A program made the position numbers and the translations under genes. A stretch of 64,000 nucleotides of DNA, taken from SAR202 cluster bacterium. Lineage in GTDB: Bacteria > Chloroflexota > Dehalococcoidia > Lucifugimonadales > Lucifugimonadaceae. The first letter of the stretch is position 1. Each line of letters begins with the position of its first letter. Shown piece by piece: positions 20,729 to 29,807 of this stretch. The notes below the pieces were generated by a model that ran no database searches, was not told where the DNA came from, and worked only from the letters and a program-made list of their open reading frames with translations. The stretch covers positions 1,995 to 65,994 of the forward strand of contig RQOS01000022.1 of the NCBI GenBank assembly GCA_008373205.1. Direction: 5' to 3'.

Positions 20729-21388
20729 ATGAATTTAATAATCTTAAATAAAAATATTAAATTATTCAAAAATAACAAATCATGCTTAATTTACTATACA
20801 GATAATAAAGAAGATTTTAGTGAATTAAAAAAAATCATAAGTGAAGAAAAACCTAAAAATATAATTACATTAGACTTTGCAATTCAAACATCTGAACATA
20901 CCAGAAACAATGAAATTATTGTTGCTAAAGAAACAATAATTATTAACTCTAAACCAGTAAACTGGGGAATACCAAGAGTAGACAGATGGACAGAAACTTC
21001 ACATGACTTAAATAAATCCATTTGTGACATATTGGAATCGAACAATATACATCATAGAATAGGCTCGGGTATTCAACTCGAATATAACGATAAAATTTCA
21101 AAAAGAAAAAATGCAAAAAATTGGATATATGAGAATATAAAAGCAAATTTTATTGATGTAAATTCAAGCAGTATTTCATCTTTGATAGAAAGTGAAATAA
21201 TAAATTTTTCAATTATTAGAATCATAAATAAAAAATTTTCGCTAGAAAAGATTAATAATAATGAGAATCTTATAAAAAAAATAATAAGGTTTATAAAATT
21301 GCAATATTTCCATAAAATCACATCAAGGAAAATTACAAATGAACTTAAAGAAAAAAATATATTATATAAATTTTCACAAATAAAATAA
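20729..21388 (+). CDS. hypothetical protein; weak resemblance to a degenerate PNP/HpnG-type phosphorylase fold
   Basis: 219 aa, starts 1 nt after the synthase stop. By eye, IITLDFAIQTS...NEIIVAKE and ANFIDVNSSS...FSIIRIINK echo the LVSFGLAGGL...GDLVVA and AVDMES...IRAISD segments of the family, but key residues are substituted. Very K/N/I-rich. Confidence 0.25.
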   Translation: MNLIILNKNIKLFKNNKSCLIYYTDNKEDFSELKKIISEEKPKNIITLDFAIQTSEHTRNNEIIVAKETIIINSKPVNWGIPRVDRWTETSHDLNKSICDILESNNIHHRIGSGIQLEYNDKISKRKNAKNWIYENIKANFIDVNSSSISSLIESEIINFSIIRIINKKFSLEKINNNENLIKKIIRFIKLQYFHKITSRKITNELKEKNILYKFSQIK

Positions 21389-21389
21389 T

Positions 21390-22289
21390 ATGAATGAGTT
21401 ACTTTTTCCTAAAAACACTAAAGAAATCAACTATGAAAATTCATTAGAAATTTGTCATATGATAGTTAAGCAAAATTATGAAAATTTTCCTATCATAATG
21501 TTTTTCATTGATAAAGAAAAGATGGATGATTATGCAATCATTTATGCTTTTTCCAGGGGGGTAGACTTTATCGGTGATGATTTTATTGGCGATAAGATAA
21601 AACAATTAGGTGTTTGGGAAAGTGAGCTTAAAAATGCATTTAAAGAAAAGGCTAGCCTACCTGTATTCATAGCTTTGCAAAAAACTATATTGAAGCATGA
21701 TTTACGCATCGAACCATTTTTGAGGCTTATTGAAGCTAATAAAAGAGATCAGGAAAAAAAAGAATATAAAGATGTTAATAGCTTATTAGATTATTGTGAT
21801 TTATCAGCAAATCCTGTTGGCGAAATAGTATTACATATTATGGGTTATAAAGATGAAAAATTGATAAATCTATCAAACTCAATTTGCAGTGCTCTTCAAA
21901 TAACAAATTTTTTACAAGATATAGTAAGAGATAAAAAAATAGGAAGAGTTTATATTCCTTCTGAAATAATGAGAAATCATAAGGTATCTAAAGATATGTT
22001 TGAAGAAAAATATCAACACAATGATGCCTCAAAAAAAAATATTACAAATTTATTAAATGAGATGATTCATATCAATAGAAATTTATATAATTCAGGAAAT
22101 ATACTTCCAAAACTACTAACAAAAAAAGATCGAACTATAATACAAATTTTTATCGATTCAGGGGAGAAAATCTTAAGTAAAATCGAAAAAAGAAAATACA
22201 ATTCATTATTTAATAAACCATCAACTAATAAATTTGAAAAATTTCAAATAATCTTAAAATCGATTCTAAAAAGTACTTTTATAAAATGA
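21390..22289 (+). CDS. squalene/phytoene synthase family protein, HpnC-like
   Basis: NYENFPIIM...YAFSRGVDFIGDDFIGD (ENFP plus DxxxD) and second DxxxD FLQDIVRDKKIGRVYIP. Confidence 0.72.
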   Translation: MNELLFPKNTKEINYENSLEICHMIVKQNYENFPIIMFFIDKEKMDDYAIIYAFSRGVDFIGDDFIGDKIKQLGVWESELKNAFKEKASLPVFIALQKTILKHDLRIEPFLRLIEANKRDQEKKEYKDVNSLLDYCDLSANPVGEIVLHIMGYKDEKLINLSNSICSALQITNFLQDIVRDKKIGRVYIPSEIMRNHKVSKDMFEEKYQHNDASKKNITNLLNEMIHINRNLYNSGNILPKLLTKKDRTIIQIFIDSGEKILSKIEKRKYNSLFNKPSTNKFEKFQIILKSILKSTFIK

Positions 22290-23560
22290 TAAATAATAAT
22301 GAAAAAATAACTATAATTGGTTGTGGAATTTCCGGAATATCTTCTGCTATAAATCTAATTGAAAAAGGGTATGAAGTTAGAATTATTGAGCAAAAAAAAA
22401 CTATTGGAGGTAGAGCAGGATCTATTACAAACAAATATGGAAATATTGATATTGGACAACATATATTTTTAGATTCATACAGAAACTTTTTTAATTTGAT
22501 ATCTAAATTAGATCTGGAAAAATACATAACCAAAAATAAAAACTTAAGAATACCAGTAGTAGATAACAATAGAAAATATTATATTAAATCTAATTTCCCT
22601 ACATATCCTTTTTCAATAATATTTGCGGTATTGGGATATAAAAACATTAGATTATTTGAAAGATTAAAGGTTTTATATGGGTTGATAAAAATAAGATTTA
22701 TAAGTAAAAAGAATAATCCAATACCCTTTTTAAGCTGGCTAAAACAAAACCATCAATCTGACAGTTCAATAATGAAGTTTTGGGATATTATATGTAAGCC
22801 AGCTTTTAACTTAAAATTAGAAAATTTTTCTAATCATCAAGCACATGATTTATTTAAATATATGATCTTTGAGCCTAAAAAAAATATATCAATTTGCTAT
22901 TCAAAAAAACCTTTTTCAGATCTTTTTATGAAACCATTTAAAAAATTTCTAGAAGATAATAATTCGGAGATAATATTTTCTGAAAAAATTCAAAAAATAA
23001 TTAACAATTCTCAAGAGATAAAGATTATGAGTGAAAACAATCTTTACTATGCAGAAAAAGTGATTATAGCAACAGATTTAGAAAATTCACTTAAACTTGT
23101 AAACTTATCTAAGAATAAAATTGTCATTCAAAATTCATCAATAATAAATATAATTTTTTGGTTTGATAAAAAAATTATTGAAGATGATTTTATAGCTTTT
23201 TCAAATTCAGAATTACAATGGATTTTTTCAGAAAATGAGAAAAAAGCAGGAAAATTTTCTCAAAAAATTACTATATCTTTAAGTGATGCAGATCATTTAT
23301 TAGAGAAAAAAAATTCAGAACTTATTAAGAATTTTGAGAATATGATTAGAAAAGAATTAAGTGTTAAGCATGACACTAAATTACTAAGAAGTTTAATAAT
23401 TAGATCTCCAAAGGCAACACAAAGAACGAATGATAGAAAAAATATAACAAATTATGGAAAGAATATATTTTTTGTGGGAGATTGGTTAGTAGATGATCTG
23501 CCAAACACTATGGAAGGCGCTAGCTTATCATCGAAATTATTAGTTGAAGAAAAATTTTAA
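22286..23560 (+). CDS. FAD-dependent amine-oxidase-fold oxidoreductase, HpnE-like
   Basis: ITIIGCGISGISSAINL...EQKKTIGGRAGS dinucleotide fold. C-terminal FFVGDW...PNTMEGASLSS. 4-nt overlap with the HpnC-like gene. Confidence 0.62.
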   Translation: MINNNEKITIIGCGISGISSAINLIEKGYEVRIIEQKKTIGGRAGSITNKYGNIDIGQHIFLDSYRNFFNLISKLDLEKYITKNKNLRIPVVDNNRKYYIKSNFPTYPFSIIFAVLGYKNIRLFERLKVLYGLIKIRFISKKNNPIPFLSWLKQNHQSDSSIMKFWDIICKPAFNLKLENFSNHQAHDLFKYMIFEPKKNISICYSKKPFSDLFMKPFKKFLEDNNSEIIFSEKIQKIINNSQEIKIMSENNLYYAEKVIIATDLENSLKLVNLSKNKIVIQNSSIINIIFWFDKKIIEDDFIAFSNSELQWIFSENEKKAGKFSQKITISLSDADHLLEKKNSELIKNFENMIRKELSVKHDTKLLRSLIIRSPKATQRTNDRKNITNYGKNIFFVGDWLVDDLPNTMEGASLSSKLLVEEKF

Positions 23561-24012
23561 TCTAATATAGCTCCTATAATTTTTTCCTTAGAGATACTTC
23601 CATTTGTTATTGAATCACAATTTTTCCCTAAGGAATTAAAGTTGTCAGAAATACAAAAAAAAGAATTTTTGCTAACAATTAAGCTTAATTTTGATTCTCC
23701 ATAATCTATATCTGACATTAATTCATTTTCAACATAAATTTTACCATCGACTATAGTTACTTTTTCTCCTGAGAAAGCTATCAGTCTTTTGAGATGAAAA
23801 ATTTTATGAATATCACATAAAAATAATATTGGTTGCATTCTTACTAATTTAGAAAAATCAATTTTTTTATCGATTATGTAGGTCTCGTTTTCTAAAAAAT
23901 TTGGATACATGCTGTTTCCTTTAATTTTAATTTTTATATATCTATTTCTAAAAATTAATTTATTTAAAGTTTTTTTAAGCATAGACAACATGAAATTTAA
24001 AAAATTTAGCAT
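23557..24012 (-). CDS. sodX: S26 signal-peptidase-like NiSOD maturation protease
   Basis: GNSMYPNF (Ser motif), KRLIAFSGEKV (Lys motif), SDNFNSLGKNCDS. Divergent from sodN. Confidence 0.7.
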   Translation of the reverse strand: MLNFLNFMLSMLKKTLNKLIFRNRYIKIKIKGNSMYPNFLENETYIIDKKIDFSKLVRMQPILFLCDIHKIFHLKRLIAFSGEKVTIVDGKIYVENELMSDIDYGESKLSLIVSKNSFFCISDNFNSLGKNCDSITNGSISKEKIIGAILD

Positions 24013-24056
24013 ATTATATTTTATAAATATAGAAATAAAAATAACAAGGAGAAAAA

Positions 24057-24482
24057 ATGTTAGCTAAATTCTTAGATAAAATTTTACCTATAACTGAAGT
24101 AACTTGTCACTGTGATATTCCATGTGGAATATATGATCCACGTGATGCCATTCAAGCTGCTCAGACAGTAGTAAGAATGACAGAATTACTTGAAGAATTA
24201 GATTATTCAAATGGCCCTTCAGCTTCACTAGGCAACTCAATGGCTAGATTCGTAGCTGCAAAAGAAGAGCATGCAAAAAAGGCTAAAGATGATATTTTAG
24301 TTATATGGACTGATTACTTCAAACCTGAACATTTAGAAAAATATCCAGATTTACATGAAAAAGTTTGGAATGCTTGTAAACTAGGATCTTTTGTAAAAGT
24401 TAATGTAGATCTTGATAAAGCTAAAGAATTTAAGGCTGCATTAGAAGAAATTGGTGAAATTTTTTGGGAAACTAAAAAATAA
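24057..24482 (+). CDS. sodN: nickel superoxide dismutase precursor
   Basis: Leader MLAKFLDKILPITEVTC followed by the Ni-hook HCDIPCGIYDP. AAGGAGAAAAA SD before the ATG. Confidence 0.9.
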   Translation: MLAKFLDKILPITEVTCHCDIPCGIYDPRDAIQAAQTVVRMTELLEELDYSNGPSASLGNSMARFVAAKEEHAKKAKDDILVIWTDYFKPEHLEKYPDLHEKVWNACKLGSFVKVNVDLDKAKEFKAALEEIGEIFWETKK

Positions 24483-24490
24483 TTAGTTAC

Positions 24491-24524
24491 TTTCTATAGA
24501 TGGAATTATTTCCATCTATAGAAA
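24491..24524. terminator. bidirectional hairpin terminator between sodN and the TauE-like gene
   Basis: Perfect 15-bp arms TTTCTATAGATGGAA (24491-24505) and TTCCATCTATAGAAA (24510-24524) around loop TTAT. T-run and A-run at the outer ends. The TauE-like stop codon (24516-24518) lies inside the 3' arm. Confidence 0.6.
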
Positions 24525-25271
24525 TCTTATGGTCATAAATATAGCTAAAAGTATTAAAATAACTCCAAGTAATTTTCTAAGTTGATCTTGGTTGGCTATT
24601 TGAACAAATTTTGATCCAAAATACATCCCCAAAATAGTTGGAAATACTACACAAAAAATCAATATATAATCAAAATTTCCAGAAAATGAATGCCCTAAAT
24701 ATGCTGAAATTCCAACTAAAACCGATAAAAACAAGTTTATCCCTCCAGCAGTTTTGATATTCATCTTCAAAAAATAAACTAATGCAGGCACTCTAAGTAC
24801 TCCTAAGGCTAAGCCAACTATTCCTCCAAAATATGAGACCACCACTCCCACTAATATTTCTTTAGCAGTACTTTTGTTATCATTTTTTAATTCTTTTGAA
24901 TCAATTTGATAGAAAATCATTACTAATCCTGAAATAATCAGGCAAGCAATAATTATTATTAATAGATAAATTTCTGCTATATTTGAAGCAAAATAACCTC
25001 CTAAAAAAGCTGCCAGCATAGATGGGAATGCAATATTAAGAGTTGATCTTATAGGAACTCTTTTTTGCTTAATTGCTGGGAATAAACCTGCAAGAGAGCC
25101 AAATATGACGGCCAAAAGATTAGTAGAAGCTGCAATTATTGGTTCAACCCCCAAAAAAATTATTAGGGGTAATCTAATCGCTCCTAAGGCGATTCCTAAA
25201 AGTCCTCCCAAAAATCCAATAAGTGAGCATAGTACAAGAAGAACTAAGTATATATATATAGATAGCTCCAT
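24516..25271 (-). CDS. TauE/SafE-family anion exporter (DUF81)
   Basis: 251 aa, about 8 TM. Two internal repeats with Gly-rich helices (FLGGLLGIALGAIRLP and FGGIVGLALGVLRVP). Confidence 0.72.
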   Translation of the reverse strand: MELSIYIYLVLLVLCSLIGFLGGLLGIALGAIRLPLIIFLGVEPIIAASTNLLAVIFGSLAGLFPAIKQKRVPIRSTLNIAFPSMLAAFLGGYFASNIAEIYLLIIIIACLIISGLVMIFYQIDSKELKNDNKSTAKEILVGVVVSYFGGIVGLALGVLRVPALVYFLKMNIKTAGGINLFLSVLVGISAYLGHSFSGNFDYILIFCVVFPTILGMYFGSKFVQIANQDQLRKLLGVILILLAIFMTIRFL

Positions 25272-25277
25272 AAGAAA

Positions 25278-26477
25278 TTAACTCACTAATTGTGGAACGA
25301 CTGCTAATAATACACCTGCAACCGTAGCTGTACCAATTACCCCTGCCACATTAGGACCCATTGCATGCATAAGCAAATAATTATCAGGATCTTCCTTAGC
25401 AGCTTCATTTTGAACAACCCTAGCTGCCATTGGAACAGCAGAAACTCCTGCAGCACCAATCATTGGATTTATAGGTTTCTTTAAGAATATGTTCATTATT
25501 TTTGCTAATAAAATACCAGAAATTGTAGCTAGAATAAATGAAACTAATCCTAGTATAAAAATTGAAATTGTTTCAACTTTAAGGAAAACTTTAGCAGGCA
25601 TTGTTGCCCCCACAGATAATCCTAGAAGGATAATAACTATATTCATTAATTCATTTTGAGCAGTTTTAGCTAATCTATCTACTACCCCAGATTCACGTAG
25701 CAAATTACCAAACATCATTATTGAAATCAAAGGAGATGCATCTGGGACTAAAATACTGACAATTATGATTGTTATTACAGGAAAAATTATCTTGGTCTTC
25801 TTGGATATTTTATTAGATGAATATTCCATTCTAATTTTTCTTTCTTTTTGGGTAGTAAATAATCTAATAATTGGAGGTTGAATAATGGGGACCAAAGCCA
25901 TATAGGAATATGCTGCTACGGCAGTAGCACCAACAATATCTTTCATCTCATAGGAAGATAAGCTTAACCCTATTTCTCTCATTCTTGTAGATATAAATAT
26001 TGTAGTAGGTCCATCAGCTCCTCCAATAATTCCTATTGATGAAGCTTCTAATAATCCAAAATCAAAAAAAGGTGTCAAGCTTATTAGTAAAGCTCCTATC
26101 AAGGCTACAAAAACACCTACTTGAGCAGCTGCACCAAGTAACAATGTTTTAGGATTTGATAAAACTGGTTCAAAATCAGTTAGAGCTCCCATACCTAAAA
26201 ATATTAATAATGGTAAAACATCATTTGACATCCCTATGTTTTGAAAAATCCTAAGAAACCCATCAGGTTCTCCATTGCCACCAATTCTAAGAAGTTCACC
26301 CATAGGTAAATTAGCGAGTAATATTCCAGTAGAAATTGGTACTAATAATAAAGGTTCTTTTTTCTTATAAATTCCAAAATAATAAAGTATCCCGGAAATT
26401 ATCCACATTAAAATCATTCCTGGATTAGATATCAGATCCTCTATTCCTTCTAGAAGTGGTTCAATATATTCAATCAT
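25278..26477 (-). CDS. Na+-translocating decarboxylase beta subunit (OadB/MmdB/GcdB family)
   Basis: 399-aa polytopic protein. EPLLLVPISTGILLANLP, GGADGPT and AAGVSAVPMAARV are characteristic of the family. Confidence 0.85.
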   Translation of the reverse strand: MIEYIEPLLEGIEDLISNPGMILMWIISGILYYFGIYKKKEPLLLVPISTGILLANLPMGELLRIGGNGEPDGFLRIFQNIGMSNDVLPLLIFLGMGALTDFEPVLSNPKTLLLGAAAQVGVFVALIGALLISLTPFFDFGLLEASSIGIIGGADGPTTIFISTRMREIGLSLSSYEMKDIVGATAVAAYSYMALVPIIQPPIIRLFTTQKERKIRMEYSSNKISKKTKIIFPVITIIIVSILVPDASPLISIMMFGNLLRESGVVDRLAKTAQNELMNIVIILLGLSVGATMPAKVFLKVETISIFILGLVSFILATISGILLAKIMNIFLKKPINPMIGAAGVSAVPMAARVVQNEAAKEDPDNYLLMHAMGPNVAGVIGTATVAGVLLAVVPQLVS

Positions 26478-26498
26478 AAAATTTCTTTCGTAAGGATT

Positions 26499-26945
26499 TT
26501 ATTCTATCTCAATCATAACTTGATCATATTGAACACTATCATCAACGTTGACAAGAATATTACTAACTTTGCCGGATAAATTAGAATTTATTGTATTTTC
26601 CATCTTCATTGATTCAATTACCAATAGTGGAGTACCATCAGATACTTCATCGCCTACCTTAACAAGAATCTCTAAAACTTTACCAGGCATCATTGCTTTT
26701 ATTTGCCCAGATTTACTAACATTTACAGACTCTACCGGAGTTTTATTTTCTTGCGCCTCACTAGATTTTATTTTCGATGGTTGAGATTTTGGTTCTTGAT
26801 TAGAAATTATATTAGTTTGGGAAGAAGTGTCCTTTACTTCAACTATTGAACCATTAACATTAACTTGAAATATGCCATTTGATTCATTTAAGATTTCAAC
26901 TTCAAAGTTTTGATTATTTATAGTTAGATTATATTTTTTTGACAC
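26499..26945 (-). CDS. biotin carboxyl carrier protein (MmdC/GcdC-type biotinyl subunit)
   Basis: C-terminal biotinyl domain with PGKVLEILVKVGDEV...LLVIESMKMEN (the biotinylated Lys in the MKM context). Ser/Pro/Gln-rich linker. Confidence 0.82.
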   Translation of the reverse strand: MSKKYNLTINNQNFEVEILNESNGIFQVNVNGSIVEVKDTSSQTNIISNQEPKSQPSKIKSSEAQENKTPVESVNVSKSGQIKAMMPGKVLEILVKVGDEVSDGTPLLVIESMKMENTINSNLSGKVSNILVNVDDSVQYDQVMIEIE

Positions 26946-26948
26946 TTT

Positions 26949-27338
26949 TTAATTCCTTCGATTTCTTTTCAAGAGCATCCTTGATCTGTTAACTGTAATC
27001 CATGAAGAATCAGCTACTTCGTTAGCAATATTGTTAGATCCTAAAAGGTTATCTTTCTTATATAAACCTACTGCAACCGCTGCCGCAACATCATTTAGAT
27101 TATTTTTCTCTTTTTTGTAAATACCAACAGCCATAGCAGCTGCAATATTAGATAATTTGTTGAAATCATCTAACTTAGGTTTGCTATTTTGTGAGTTAGC
27201 ATGATCGTTATCGACAATCACACTATTTTCAAATAGGGTAATTACTTTTATAGCTAATAACAAAACTACAAGTACCAAAAATACTACAAGTACACCAACT
27301 CCTGATAGGTAAAGGCCGTCAATTAAAACATTATTCAC
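26949..27338 (-). CDS. OadG-like small membrane anchor subunit
   Basis: N-terminal TM GLYLSGVGVLVVFLVLVVLLLAIKVI typical of the OadG/MmdD family. Internal repeat AAAMAVGIYKK / AAAVAVGLYKK. GTG start at 27338. Confidence 0.6.
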   Translation of the reverse strand: MNNVLIDGLYLSGVGVLVVFLVLVVLLLAIKVITLFENSVIVDNDHANSQNSKPKLDDFNKLSNIAAAMAVGIYKKEKNNLNDVAAAVAVGLYKKDNLLGSNNIANEVADSSWITVNRSRMLLKRNRRN

Positions 27339-27341
27339 AAA

Positions 27342-28379
27342 TCATTCCTTAAATACATTAATTAGTTGTTCATTGGCTATGGATATTATACTATCATTTT
27401 CTGAAATTTGAACTGAAATATGATTATTTTTTATTTTGTGGTTATATAAAAAATAATCTTCCAATTTAATAGAATTAAATTTTAAATCTATTTTTTTGCG
27501 AAAATTATTTGATTCACTTAAGTCTATTCCTTTAAATCTTATCGTAGAGTTAATCTTAGTTTGTGATAGTTTAGGAATTTCAAAATTTGGTATAGAGCCT
27601 AATTTTAAGTATCCTCCAGTTGTTTGAGAATCATTTAATAAAATTATTGGTTGTCCACTTGGGGGCAATTGAACTGTTCCTAAAGATACACCTGAAGATA
27701 TCTCATCTTTAAGTTTATGAGATAAGTTATCATTACCCTTTAATCTTATTCCTTGCCTTGATGCTTCAGCAGATATTGTATACTGATTTGATTCTAAAAT
27801 ATTAATGAAATCAGGAAACTTATTAAGAGTAACTTCATCATAAATTATAGAGATATCATTGGCAGATTTTATATATTTTTCAAAGAAAGAGGAATTAATT
27901 AATTTTTGAAAATTTGAGTTAGGTTTTTTCATATGTAGAATATCTCCTATGTTAACTCTTAGATCATTTGTAATACTTGATGGTTGATGAAAAGAAACAG
28001 AATTCATAATATTATTTACTTTAAAGCCACCGGAAATTGAAAAATAAAATATATTACCATTTTTATTTTCAGGAATATAAAGAGTGTCATATTTTTTTAT
28101 CTTGATGGAAGAATTAATAGATATTTGATCATTATTTATCTTAAAAATACCTGTTGGACCTGAAACTGCAATAGAAACATCTTCCATAAATTCACAACTG
28201 AATCCACCTCCAACGATTTCTATAGCTCCTTCATTTTTTTTATTACCACATAAGAAATTTGAAATTATGAATGAAAACTTGTCTAAACATCCTGATTGAG
28301 ACACCCCAATAGATTTTTTCCCAAATCTTCCTAAATCTTGAAAACTAGATAGTGTAGCTGTATTTAATATCTTAATCAT
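27342..28379 (-). CDS. pxpC: 5-oxoprolinase subunit C / KipA-type carboxyltransferase-fold protein
   Basis: ATLSSFQDLGRFGKKSIGVSQSGCLD and GTVQLPPSGQPIILLNDSQTTGGYLKLG match the KipA ('allophanate hydrolase subunit 2') family. Confidence 0.85.
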   Translation of the reverse strand: MIKILNTATLSSFQDLGRFGKKSIGVSQSGCLDKFSFIISNFLCGNKKNEGAIEIVGGGFSCEFMEDVSIAVSGPTGIFKINNDQISINSSIKIKKYDTLYIPENKNGNIFYFSISGGFKVNNIMNSVSFHQPSSITNDLRVNIGDILHMKKPNSNFQKLINSSFFEKYIKSANDISIIYDEVTLNKFPDFINILESNQYTISAEASRQGIRLKGNDNLSHKLKDEISSGVSLGTVQLPPSGQPIILLNDSQTTGGYLKLGSIPNFEIPKLSQTKINSTIRFKGIDLSESNNFRKKIDLKFNSIKLEDYFLYNHKIKNNHISVQISENDSIISIANEQLINVFKE

Positions 28380-29040
28380 TTTGAATCTTAAATTTTATAT
28401 AAGAGCCACTAATGATTAGATTAGGGGGATTTTTTTTTGAATCAAACAATTTTAAGTTTGTACGACCAATTATGTTCCAGCCTCCAGGTGAGCTAAATGG
28501 ATAAATTCCTGTTTGATCCCCTGCTATTCCAACAGAGCCTTCAGGTACAGCTAATCTTGGTTCATCTAACCTTGGAAAGGAAATTCTCTTATCAAGGCCT
28601 CCTAAATATGGAAACCCTGGCATAAATCCAATCATATGAACCCTATATTTTTGAGATGAATGAATCTGAATAATTTTTTTTTCAGTAATATTTAGAGCTT
28701 TAGACATTCTTTTTAGATCAGGACCAAATTCACCACCATATTTCACAGGAATTTCAATGATTTTATAATGTTTTTTTTCATTATCGGAAGAGTCAAATTC
28801 AGAATTTATTAAATTTATTTTTTCCTTAATATTTTCATATAAGATTTTATTCGGATCATAGTCAATAATTATTGAATTATAAGTAGGATATATATCTAAT
28901 ATTGAAGAATATTCAGAAAATCCTCTAACCAAGGATTCTAAAAATTTATGTACTAAAATATTAATATCTTCATCTATTTTGTCACCAAATTTTATAATTG
29001 CAGTTGAGTCTCCATGATAAAAGATTTTAGGGTTACTCAT
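28372..29040 (-). CDS. pxpB: 5-oxoprolinase subunit B / KipI-type protein
   Basis: IPVKYGGEFGPDL, YRVHMIGFMPGFPYLGGLD and VPEGSVGIAGDQTGIYPFSSPGGWNIIGRT match the KipI ('allophanate hydrolase subunit 1') family. Confidence 0.85.
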   Translation of the reverse strand: MSNPKIFYHGDSTAIIKFGDKIDEDINILVHKFLESLVRGFSEYSSILDIYPTYNSIIIDYDPNKILYENIKEKINLINSEFDSSDNEKKHYKIIEIPVKYGGEFGPDLKRMSKALNITEKKIIQIHSSQKYRVHMIGFMPGFPYLGGLDKRISFPRLDEPRLAVPEGSVGIAGDQTGIYPFSSPGGWNIIGRTNLKLFDSKKNPPNLIISGSYIKFKIQND

Positions 29041-29804
29041 ACTAATATGTCTGACATAGACTTTATACCAATATTGTTTCTTTTGAAAGATTCTTGAATT
29101 TCACTTGCAATCTCTACAGCACCTTTAGTATCACCATGAAGACAAATAGAATCAAAATCTATTGAAATATCTTCACCTTCAAAAGACTTAACTTTACCAG
29201 TTTTGACTAAATCAATTGTCCTATTTACTATTTTTTTTGTATTATCAATGACCGAACCTTTCATCGATCTGGGAGCTAAAGATCCATCATTCATGAACTC
29301 TCTATCTGCATATGTTTCTCTTATATATTTAACATTGTTTTCTTGAGCAAGATTTTCCCAAATGGATCCTGCTAAAACCACATGAATCAAATCTTCGCTT
29401 ATGGATTTTATGGAATTTATTACTGATAACGCAACATTTTCATCCTTAACTGCTTTATTGTACAAAGCACCATGTGGTTTAACATGCTGAATATTTTCAA
29501 TTCCAATAAAGCCCATTAATGCCCCAACTTGGTATTTGATAATATTTTCTATTTCTGTAGGATCAAGATTCATATCACGTCTACCAAATCCAGCTAAATC
29601 AGGATACGAAGGATGCGCACCAATCGAAACACCCATTTCTAATGATAATTTTATTGTATGACTCATCCAGTTTGGGTCACCAGCATGAAAGCCTGTGGCT
29701 ATATTTGCAGAAGAAATATACCTAACAATTTCCTCATCGAATCCTAGTTTATAACTACCAAAAGACTCTCCGATATCTGCATTAATATCTACAAATTTAT
29801 CCAT
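29037..29804 (-). CDS. pxpA: 5-oxoprolinase subunit A (LamB/YcsF family)
   Basis: DINADIGESFG, SSANIATGFHAGDP, IGAHPSYPD, HVKPHGALYN and ICLHGDT align closely with E. coli YbgL/PxpA as I remember it. Confidence 0.9.
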   Translation of the reverse strand: MDKFVDINADIGESFGSYKLGFDEEIVRYISSANIATGFHAGDPNWMSHTIKLSLEMGVSIGAHPSYPDLAGFGRRDMNLDPTEIENIIKYQVGALMGFIGIENIQHVKPHGALYNKAVKDENVALSVINSIKSISEDLIHVVLAGSIWENLAQENNVKYIRETYADREFMNDGSLAPRSMKGSVIDNTKKIVNRTIDLVKTGKVKSFEGEDISIDFDSICLHGDTKGAVEIASEIQESFKRNNIGIKSMSDILV

Positions 29805-29807
29805 ATT

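Noticed and set aside
21390-23560. A carotenoid pair crtB/crtI or crtM/crtN.
   Set aside because: The synthase N-terminus carries the ENFP-type signature rather than the SFY type. The flavoprotein (424 aa) is short for CrtI/CrtN-type desaturases. No cyclase or other carotenoid genes are nearby. The call remains only moderately confident.
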